Assembly: GCA_045863295.1 (NCBI GenBank)
Contig: BTWA01000055.1
Location: 1 to 25,557 of the forward strand
From: Candidatus Hydrogenedentota bacterium
GTDB lineage: Bacteria; Hydrogenedentota; Hydrogenedentia; Hydrogenedentales; SLHB01
Direction of reading: 5' to 3'
DNA length: 25,557 nucleotides
Positions 1-7,513 of this stretch are shown one piece after another. Below the pieces are notes generated by a model, which saw only the letters and a list, made by a program, of their open reading frames with translations, ran no database searches and was not told where the DNA came from. Made by a program: the position numbers and the translations under genes. The stretch's first letter is position 1, and every line of letters begins with the position of its first letter.

Positions 1-329
1 AGGACGCGGTTCAGGCCGCCGTCTACGCCACGCATGGCCATGTTGCAGGCGACTTTTTCGCCATCATTCCCGTATTTCTTTTTCAGGAGGCTATGGGCGT
101 GGCTGAAATCCATCTTCTCGTTGACCGGAAACGAGGCGGGCAATCCCAGGATGGCGTTCTCGACCTGCCGGACGAACCGAGAGACGGTGCTCTGGAACTC
201 GTTGAAGGTGTCCAGCCGCACCTTTGGAATCCTAATCTGATTGAAGGCATTGATGGCACGGCGCTCCGTTTCGTCGACCGTCCGTGCGGGGTCGATCTGT
301 TCCACGATGGTATCCAGCGTTTTCGACAT
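1..329 (-). CDS. Partial CDS running off the left edge; stand-alone copy 3 of the unassigned helical 'domain X'
   Basis: Not in the ORF track. ATG at 329 follows AAAGGAGG and the frame is open to position 1: MSKTLDTIVEQIDPARTVDETERRAINAFNQIRIPKVRLDTFNEFQSTVSRFVRQVENAILGLPASFPVNEKMDFSHAHSLLKKKYGNDGEKVACNMAMRGVDGGLNRV(L). It aligns by eye to 342-923 and to the C-terminus of 954-2636. Confidence 0.85.
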   Translation of the reverse strand, partial: MSKTLDTIVEQIDPARTVDETERRAINAFNQIRIPKVRLDTFNEFQSTVSRFVRQVENAILGLPASFPVNEKMDFSHAHSLLKKKYGNDGEKVACNMAMRGVDGGLNRV

Positions 330-341
330 TTGGAACCTCCT

Positions 342-923
342 TTACAGTTGCCGGAACACCGGCGAAGTCCGGCGCATGTTCTCCACGAGCGCGTCGATGA
401 TGACCCGGTAGTCGTTCGCGTAGCGCGCGGGGTTACTGAGATCCACCGTGTCAGCGAGTACCGGGCCGTAGTAGTGAAAGACGTCGCGGATGATTGCTAC
501 CTTGTCCTCATATACATTACCTTTGATCTGGGCGTCGAAGACCGCCTCGTAGTAGTCGCTTACGTCCTGCGCCTTGATACCCTCTGCGATCAAGTCGATG
601 ACTGTTTTCATACCGCCGTTAGTGCCATAGATCCCGTCATTGACTGCAGCTACGTAGCCGAGACCACGACGCCGGTATTCGCGATCGAGGATCGCTTTTG
701 CGCGAGCGGCGGCGCGGCCACGTTCAATGGATCCGCCACGGGTGACGGCAGACGTGTAGTGGTGAGCATAGTAATCACCGGTGACTGCACGGAAATCATC
801 CCAATTGGGAACACGGTTCTGCCGCAGGTGATAGTGGTTCCGTGCATCGTCATGCCTGCTGGTGACACGGTCGGCGATGGTGGTGTCACTAAGGTCGTGT
901 ATGATGGATTGAATGCTTGGCAT
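342..923 (-). CDS. Hypothetical helical protein, 193 aa; stand-alone copy 2 of 'domain X'
   Basis: RBS AGGAGG before the ATG. Shares DYYAH/NYYLH, GGMKTVI/GGMRYVL and terminal VFRQL/VFRAL with the C-terminal domain of the upstream Lon-like protein. Confidence 0.9.
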   Translation of the reverse strand: MPSIQSIIHDLSDTTIADRVTSRHDDARNHYHLRQNRVPNWDDFRAVTGDYYAHHYTSAVTRGGSIERGRAAARAKAILDREYRRRGLGYVAAVNDGIYGTNGGMKTVIDLIAEGIKAQDVSDYYEAVFDAQIKGNVYEDKVAIIRDVFHYYGPVLADTVDLSNPARYANDYRVIIDALVENMRRTSPVFRQL

Positions 924-953
924 GGGGAGTCCTCCTATGATTATTTCTTCCGA

Positions 954-2636
954 CTAAAGGGCGCGGAAAACGCTCCTGAGTGCTGCCGCGGTTTGCATGT
1001 ATGCCCGGACCAAGAGTTCTGGATTCTTCAGGAACTGGTCCGGTGCCGTTTCAAGTTCCATTTCGGTCAAGTACGGCCGAAACCGGTCGATTAGCGCTGC
1101 CACAAGGGCGACGCGCCGCTCGTAGCTCAATTGTTGAAGTTGCAGTTCGATAGCGTGTTGCACATACATGTGTTCCTGCTCGGCGGCGTATTGACGTCCC
1201 ATCCTCTCTAGGACATAGCGCATACCGCCGTGGGGCGCTCCATTTTTCGCTTCCGCCTGCGCAGCCCGCAGTCCGCCAGCATGCGCGAACGCACGAGCCA
1301 ACAAGGCTGTGGCTTCATCCTCCAAGCCATTGGAACGGACATCCTTGACCTCGTGCGTGTGCCTGAGCAAGTGCAAGTAGTAATTGGCCGGCACCGAGAG
1401 ATAACTTTCATCGGACCCGACAACCGCCCCGTCCAAACGGTAAGTGGCCATTGCGCTTTCTATGGGCTCGATCACGTCGCGTCGAATGACGTCGGGATCG
1501 ATGGTCGCCAAGAGGGCTTTGAGGTCTGGATTTTCATCCGTGCCATCACCATCCGCATCATTTGCGAGGGTCGCGGTCAAGGTGTTGGGGAGGCGGTCGC
1601 CCGCGTTTGCGTTGAGCAAATACCGAACGTCGTCGATATCAGTATCCTTTGCCCTGGTTACAACACCAGTGAGTTCGGATTCAAACAACAATGGGAACCG
1701 AAGCTGAACGCGAATGTAAGGCGGCAGGGCAACCAGTATCCGGTACAGTGTACGGCCAGCCAGAGAAGGATATTTCCGCTTGTACTCGTGGTAACGGGTA
1801 AACTCGGTAAGCAATTCGCGGGCCGCATCCATTTCCTGATCCAGCCATGCCGACTCGAGCACGGCCCAGAACCTTGGGTGCAAGCTCTCGGTGAGTACGA
1901 GGTCAGTCGCGCCTCGAAGCGGTTTGTCGTGTACTTCACTAAAGTAGCCATTGATGAGCGCGGACAAGACCAGATTTCGTTCCAGGAAGGCCAACCGAAG
2001 AACCTCGGCGAGATTCTCAGCAAACACGATTTCTATGTGGCCTTTCGCCTTCCATATGGCATCTTGGATTGCTTGGTACGCATCACGGGCAAGTTTGCCG
2101 AAGGAGAAGTCGCGGTCCGGATCAGCGCAAACGAAAGTGCTGATCTCCGGGTCTGCACATGCCGCATGAATTTTCGCCGGCAGATTGGCTACGAGCGCGC
2201 AGGTTCCGTCAGGAGAGGCAACGTGCAAGGAGAAAAGAACATCGGAGCGGCAGGGAATCCCGAGCGCCGCGGAGATTAGCGCAATGAACGCCGGCACGTC
2301 TGCCGAGAAGCCGTCCACTTCAAGCTGCCGGTTCTGTGCCGCGGAAAGGTGCACATTGGATACAGAAAGTACAAACCTGCTTCTTACAAGTTTCTCGATG
2401 CGGCTTTCGCGGAAGCCTGGCCCAAGCACTTCACTGTAGTGCGCAATCGTACGCCGGCAAATTCTACCGGGACCTGAGGATTGGAAGCGGTCTACAGACC
2501 TATCCTCAGTGGCCTGTGCATGCACCGTCGCAATCGTCGCGACCGCGTCGTTTCCTTCGCCTTTGACAAGCACCGTCTTCGCGCTTCCGATGGCCATCGC
2601 TGACGCTTTCTTCTCGACCGTATCTACGGTGCGCAT
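954..2636 (-). CDS. Lon-like (S16) Ser-Lys protease domain + helical middle region + C-terminal 'domain X'; no AAA+ module
   Basis: DGFSA (S111) matches Lon DGPSA, followed by ALISAALGIP and LPAKIHAA (K155). The Ser-Lys spacing is 44, versus 43 in E. coli Lon (S679/K722). AENLAEVLRLAF resembles the end of a Lon domain. RBS GGAGGT. Confidence 0.8.
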   Translation of the reverse strand: MRTVDTVEKKASAMAIGSAKTVLVKGEGNDAVATIATVHAQATEDRSVDRFQSSGPGRICRRTIAHYSEVLGPGFRESRIEKLVRSRFVLSVSNVHLSAAQNRQLEVDGFSADVPAFIALISAALGIPCRSDVLFSLHVASPDGTCALVANLPAKIHAACADPEISTFVCADPDRDFSFGKLARDAYQAIQDAIWKAKGHIEIVFAENLAEVLRLAFLERNLVLSALINGYFSEVHDKPLRGATDLVLTESLHPRFWAVLESAWLDQEMDAARELLTEFTRYHEYKRKYPSLAGRTLYRILVALPPYIRVQLRFPLLFESELTGVVTRAKDTDIDDVRYLLNANAGDRLPNTLTATLANDADGDGTDENPDLKALLATIDPDVIRRDVIEPIESAMATYRLDGAVVGSDESYLSVPANYYLHLLRHTHEVKDVRSNGLEDEATALLARAFAHAGGLRAAQAEAKNGAPHGGMRYVLERMGRQYAAEQEHMYVQHAIELQLQQLSYERRVALVAALIDRFRPYLTEMELETAPDQFLKNPELLVRAYMQTAAALRSVFRAL

Positions 2637-3268
2637 AACGACACCTCCATCGTGGCGTTGTCCCGTCCCGGGAAAACGCGGACTTCTATCTCTCCATCTA
2701 GGAGGCGCTCATCTACCGAAGCTCGCCGCGGAAGACTTCCCGTATCGGCCGCGAACCGGACGGGTTCGTCTGGGAAAGCGAAGCCCGACAGAACGTGTTC
2801 CCGCCGGAGCTCGGCCTCCCAGATGATCTGACCAGTGGACAATCCGAGCTGGTAGTGGCCAGGAGTGATAGCGGGAATGGAAACGCTCGGCTCGCTTCCG
2901 GAGAGTCTCACGACGCGGCGGGGCTGATTGCTAGCTGTCAGCACCAGCGATACGGAAACGTGAATTAGCGCATCCTCGAATACTTGAGCATCAAAGAGGT
3001 TCTCGTACTCATCCAAGGCGCCGATTTCTTCGAGTTCAACCGGAGCGTCGTGGTCTATTGGATGCTCTGCACCGGAAACCTCCGGTCGCTTCAGATACTC
3101 GCTTCGCACGGCTTGCATGAATACCAGGAACTGGGCGTAGCCGTTCCGGTGCCTCTCCTCGCGTCCTAGCATGCGAATCTCTTCGAGGGCCAACCGAATG
3201 GCTTCCCCTCGGCCTTCCGCCCGGTAAGCCGCAAAAAGCAGCGGAATGAAATACAGGTCAGGGTTCAT
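2624..3268 (-). CDS. Hypothetical protein, 214 aa; helical N-terminus, beta-rich C-terminus
   Basis: Start moved from 3385 to ATG 3268 (MNPDLYF), which follows GGAGGT. Short overlaps with both neighbours indicate operon coupling. Confidence 0.8.
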   Translation of the reverse strand: MNPDLYFIPLLFAAYRAEGRGEAIRLALEEIRMLGREERHRNGYAQFLVFMQAVRSEYLKRPEVSGAEHPIDHDAPVELEEIGALDEYENLFDAQVFEDALIHVSVSLVLTASNQPRRVVRLSGSEPSVSIPAITPGHYQLGLSTGQIIWEAELRREHVLSGFAFPDEPVRFAADTGSLPRRASVDERLLDGEIEVRVFPGRDNATMEVSLCAP

Positions 3269-4457
3269 GGTCCACCTCCGAATCCGGGTTTGACTCATGG
3301 CCGAGTGCTTCGACAGCGGCGCGATACACGCCAGCACGCTCGGCCATCTCGCGTAAGATGGGATCGCGGCTAATCTCCCGAGCAACGTTCCGCCAAAGGT
3401 CTGGCATCGCGGAGTTCCACTTGCTGCCTGCGAACCGGCTGTACGCGGCCTTGGACACCCCTGCCTCGCGGGCGAGGGTGGCGTCGTTCTTCTGCCCTGT
3501 TGTCAGGCTCTGCATGCGGGCAATCACCAGGGTTCTCACGCCGTCTGCGCCGCATTTGCGAATCGAGGGTTTGAGCGCATCGAGACAAGCGGACTTCTCC
3601 TCAGCGAAGTAGCGCGCCAGATTGGGATACTCCGACCGGGCCGCTAGTTCCCGGGGATTCGGCATAGTGCTTGACGCACACCCCAACTCGAATGCCGGAT
3701 CGGATACATAACACGCTACGGCGAGCCTCTCGTTGATTATGGATTGGACGCGCTCGCGCTCGCCTTTACGTCCAGGACAGGGGTCATCCACGTTTTCGCG
3801 CAGCCATGCCGGGCGTTGCGGGCCGCTGAGATACTTCGGCAGGTAGACGGTGATCGTGCCCTTTCCGGGAATCTTCCACGCGTAGCGTGATTCGAAGGGA
3901 TTGCGAAACTTCCGCGTTGCTTCCTGGAGAGAAAGTCCAATGTGCCGCAACACGAACCGCTGGAACACGGCACACACGGCGCTTTCGCGTTCGAGCGAAT
4001 TCTGCGCGCGATTGACTTCCTGGTCCGCCAAAACAGCGTTGGCCAGCGCTTTGTAGTACTTCCGCCGGTCAGTCTTCGGCCAGTGGATGGCTTCTTGCTC
4101 TCCCTGCAGGTCATCCGTACCGACGGACGGCCTTTCACGGTGCTTCTCCGGTAAGGCCTCAGGCGGGAGGTTCGTGAACTTATCCAGTGTCAGATCGCGC
4201 GCGGCGTCCAAGATTTCAGTTCGGGGGCGTGGTGATGAGGTTGCGCACCGCTCGATACAGTACGTGATCAAATGATGAATCCCGATGCGGTTCTCATTCC
4301 CATTCAAAACGAACGGCGTGCGATGTTCCAGAAGCTCCTTGATGGCGCGAGCATGGACATCCGTACACAACACACCTATGAGCGCCTCAATGGTGTGCCG
4401 GGCAAACGGCCGCTCTACGGCTGGTTCAGTATTCTTTGGCTTGGCAATCGTACTCAT
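3258..4457 (-). CDS. Hypothetical protein with C-terminal helix-turn-helix (putative DNA-binding or sigma-like regulator)
   Basis: NDATLAREAGVSKAAYSRF fits an HTH pattern (LA-x-x-A-G-V-S). ATGA overlap with the upstream gene. Confidence 0.7.
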   Translation of the reverse strand: MSTIAKPKNTEPAVERPFARHTIEALIGVLCTDVHARAIKELLEHRTPFVLNGNENRIGIHHLITYCIERCATSSPRPRTEILDAARDLTLDKFTNLPPEALPEKHRERPSVGTDDLQGEQEAIHWPKTDRRKYYKALANAVLADQEVNRAQNSLERESAVCAVFQRFVLRHIGLSLQEATRKFRNPFESRYAWKIPGKGTITVYLPKYLSGPQRPAWLRENVDDPCPGRKGERERVQSIINERLAVACYVSDPAFELGCASSTMPNPRELAARSEYPNLARYFAEEKSACLDALKPSIRKCGADGVRTLVIARMQSLTTGQKNDATLAREAGVSKAAYSRFAGSKWNSAMPDLWRNVAREISRDPILREMAERAGVYRAAVEALGHESNPDSEVDHEP

Positions 4458-6352
4458 GATGTCGCAACGCTCCTCACTTCATGGCGCTCATCGCGCGCCC
4501 CTACAGCAGCCGATACCTTCCAACGTCTGTTAATCTCGATGTTGGCTAACGCCCGCAGCGTTTCCATCGCATATTTCGAGGTGGTGTCCACCCAGATACG
4601 GGCAGGCCCGCTTTGGACAAGCTCGTCAAGGCAACGCAGGCACCGATCATTCGACACATTAGGCCCAGCTTTGCTGCAATCTGGAGTCGGCCAGAGAAGG
4701 GGAAGTGCCTCGACGAGGGTACTTTCGGCCATATACTCGAAGCGCAGTGCGAAGCGTATGCGTTGGAGACTGGGCTCCAATGACGAAAGAAGGATCATTG
4801 ATTCAGGGGCGGACAACTCGTCATCGTGGAAGATGGACGTGCGTACAATGGACACCCGCGAAATCAGACCGTGGGTTTCTTCGAAGCGTTCGGCAAACTG
4901 CTCTGGCAATATCCGGCAATCATGGTAGGGAAAGGGCTCACTACGTCCTATGACCACTGCGTGGGATAACGGAACACCCAGAGCGTTGGCCGCGCGGACA
5001 ATGTCGCGAGTCCTCGGGTTTTCGGCAGGCCGGAAGAGAACGTGCACTTCACGGTCCTTCTCTCGAAGTACACGGAGCAACATGGAGTGGCGCAAGGCAT
5101 CCTTGCGTGCACCGAGGATCGCTTCGACCCGTTGAAAAACGTACTGCGCAAGATCGGCGAATCCGAAGTAAAGCAGCCGTTCAATCATTCGCGACAGGCA
5201 CGGAACGGATCCAGGCGCATCCGGCAACGTGGGAACCAGCCGGGCGTAGTGCCGGAGTTCGCCCACCAGGTCTCCTTCGAGCCGCGACCGTTCCGCTTCC
5301 GCCGCCATAACGACGTCTTCACGCCCTGCCGCCTGCAGTTCCTCAAAAAGCGGCGTCAAATCTCCGGTTCTTCCCTCGCTGACGCTGAGCCCAACTTCTT
5401 CGATTATTCGGTCGATGCGCTTCCTTTCCGCTTTCAGACGCAGCTCGTTGCACATCACCTCGTCGATGCCCAGACAGGAACGGTAGTCACCTTCGAGCGG
5501 TTCACCGCTCGGACGAAGGATGCAATTCCTCAATTGAAACCGCTGAGCAAAGCCCTCACGAAACACGAGAACCAGCTCATCGGATGCGCTGCGCGCGGCG
5601 CCGACCACCCCCTTGGGGATTTCCATCTCATTCCGCACCGTGATTGGAGAAGCGCACCATTCCAAGGCCTTTCCATCGTCATGCCCAAAGCTAAGCAGGC
5701 GCGTACCGAAGGGAACCAGCGCGTAGAAATCACCAAGGTGGGCCGATACCTGCGACATGGTCTTGCCGGGGAGATTGAGGATGCTCATGCCACCGTCCTT
5801 AGCGGGAAAGACGACACTCTTGGCCTCTTCCCAATATGCCCCCTTGACCCACCCCAAAGGCGACGGCGGCGACGCTGCAAGGTAGGTCGTGAACTGCCGG
5901 GTCGATGTTTGCATCACATAGACCACGCCCTGGTCCGTGATACCGATGAGGCACCCTTCGAGGTAATGGAGACCAGTGACTGCGCCACCGGGATGGGGAA
6001 TCGAGATTACATCAGGTTGGGAACATTGCGCTTGCATGATCAGGAGGTTATTTTCCTCATCCGACGCTGCCAGCTGATCATCCTCCAGGAAGCAGACCGA
6101 TATAATGCCTGCACGATGTTGAACCCATCCGGCAGTTTCGAGCGTATTGGCATTGGCCGTGTACGCATGGATCCTTCCGCTTCTGGTCGCGACCGCTACC
6201 CGGCTATGGTCGAGGCTCAGGGCCATGGCATAGATGCTTGCACCAGGTTCGTCCGAGAAAACGAGTTCTCCCGTTGCCAGACTCAAGACATGTGGATGCG
6301 CCTTGCCGGTACCCAGCAAGGGAAGTAGATCTACCGTGGCTGCACGGCCCAT
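4454..6352 (-). CDS. WD40-like beta-propeller protein with helical (TPR-like) and unknown C-terminal regions
   Basis: Repeated blade-like segments: IYAMALSLDHSRVAVATRSGRIHAY, HRAGIISVCFLEDDQLAASDEENNLLI, HPGGAVTGLHY, AHLGDFYALVPFGTRLLSFGHDDGKALEW. RBS AGGAG. Confidence 0.75.
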   Translation of the reverse strand: MGRAATVDLLPLLGTGKAHPHVLSLATGELVFSDEPGASIYAMALSLDHSRVAVATRSGRIHAYTANANTLETAGWVQHRAGIISVCFLEDDQLAASDEENNLLIMQAQCSQPDVISIPHPGGAVTGLHYLEGCLIGITDQGVVYVMQTSTRQFTTYLAASPPSPLGWVKGAYWEEAKSVVFPAKDGGMSILNLPGKTMSQVSAHLGDFYALVPFGTRLLSFGHDDGKALEWCASPITVRNEMEIPKGVVGAARSASDELVLVFREGFAQRFQLRNCILRPSGEPLEGDYRSCLGIDEVMCNELRLKAERKRIDRIIEEVGLSVSEGRTGDLTPLFEELQAAGREDVVMAAEAERSRLEGDLVGELRHYARLVPTLPDAPGSVPCLSRMIERLLYFGFADLAQYVFQRVEAILGARKDALRHSMLLRVLREKDREVHVLFRPAENPRTRDIVRAANALGVPLSHAVVIGRSEPFPYHDCRILPEQFAERFEETHGLISRVSIVRTSIFHDDELSAPESMILLSSLEPSLQRIRFALRFEYMAESTLVEALPLLWPTPDCSKAGPNVSNDRCLRCLDELVQSGPARIWVDTTSKYAMETLRALANIEINRRWKVSAAVGARDERHEVRSVATS

Positions 6353-6354
6353 GC

Positions 6355-6978
6355 CTATGTCTCCTGGTTCCGGTAAGCGTCGTTATGCAGCGTCGTCGGA
6401 GGAAGCGAACGTAGGCCACCGAGGACTTTCCGAAAATCCCCGCGATCAGGCCCGGAACTCTGAATCTGCTGCGGTTCCGTGCTGGAGCGCAGCATTGGCG
6501 CGGGATATTCGTCGATCTTGCCGTGAGGCCACCGCTTCACTTCTGCGCGCTGAAGTGCTCCATGGATACGTGAGATGAGAGTTTCAACAGCTTTCGCCTG
6601 CTTCTCCAAAAGTTCGATGAAGGCGGCGAGAGCAGCGTCGGCTTCGGAAAAGTTGGCGCGCAGCCGGTCGAGGACAATGCGACGTGTGCCAAGACCAATC
6701 GCCTGCGCTTTTTGGCGTGCGTCCGCAAGCTTACGCTGGACGACAATGCGAGTCTGCTGATACTTGGTGAGCATGATACAAATCTGCTGCTTCTCCTTCG
6801 CGTGCTGCGCAAAGAGTTGTTTCAGCTCGAATGGAGGCGGATCCGGGATCGCGTCAGCATGGGGCAAAGCACTCGTGTGGTCCTCGAAGCGTTCCAGGTT
6901 ACTGTCGTCACTTTTTATCCGGCTCAACAGGTGCTCACGCATGTTAGTCTTGTCGTATTCTTCGCTAGTCGTGGACAT
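6355..6978 (-). CDS. Hypothetical coiled-coil/helical protein, 207 aa
   Basis: Long amphipathic helical stretch in the middle. RBS GGAGG; 2-5 nt spacing to neighbours. Confidence 0.8.
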   Translation of the reverse strand: MSTTSEEYDKTNMREHLLSRIKSDDSNLERFEDHTSALPHADAIPDPPPFELKQLFAQHAKEKQQICIMLTKYQQTRIVVQRKLADARQKAQAIGLGTRRIVLDRLRANFSEADAALAAFIELLEKQAKAVETLISRIHGALQRAEVKRWPHGKIDEYPAPMLRSSTEPQQIQSSGPDRGDFRKVLGGLRSLPPTTLHNDAYRNQET

Positions 6979-6983
6979 CGATG

Positions 6984-7487
6984 TTAGCCCTCCATCAGGC
7001 GGCGAAGCCGCTCCACAGTTTCTTCACTCGATTGTTGGACGGCCCGAAGGTCGTCCGCTAGGTGCTGAAGTTCTTCCACGTCGCGCTGTATCGAACCGCC
7101 GGCGTCCCGTATCTTCTCAGCGATGTCGGCCACCTTTACCTTCTCGGCTTGTGTGTCGACAGCATCATGCGTGCGCTCGGCAGCATCCGATGCCTCGGTC
7201 ACTTCACGTTCGCTTTCGGTGACCTCTTCTTGAACGTCGCGAACGTTCCCTTCCCGCACGTCGAATTCGTCGTGTGCCGTGCGCTCCGCGGCGTCAAAGG
7301 CGTCCTGAATCTCACGATACGCCTCCAGACTTCCACCGTAGTCAAGCTGATCCTCGATCTCCCGGATGACCTCCCGGTCATCCGTCACCTCACTCAAAAG
7401 GTCGTGCAAGTCGTGAAGATTGGCTTCCTGGCGGTCCGTGTCGTCACGGATGGCCGCTTTCTCGATGTGTCGCAGTTCATTCATCAT
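6984..7487 (-). CDS. Acidic coiled-coil protein, 167 aa
   Basis: Very D/E-rich, lacks Pro, heptad-like pattern. RBS GAGGA. Confidence 0.85.
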   Translation of the reverse strand: MMNELRHIEKAAIRDDTDRQEANLHDLHDLLSEVTDDREVIREIEDQLDYGGSLEAYREIQDAFDAAERTAHDEFDVREGNVRDVQEEVTESEREVTEASDAAERTHDAVDTQAEKVKVADIAEKIRDAGGSIQRDVEELQHLADDLRAVQQSSEETVERLRRLMEG

Positions 7488-7513
7488 GAGTGGTTCCTCC
7501 AGGGTTCGTTTGC

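Noticed and set aside
93..2279. Long plus-strand ORFs 93-1094 and 1230-2279
   Set aside because: Antisense shadows of minus-strand genes that have RBSs and mutual homology; no motifs of their own.
5042..6328. 428-aa plus-strand ORF
   Set aside because: Lies wholly antisense to the beta-propeller gene; no recognisable motifs.
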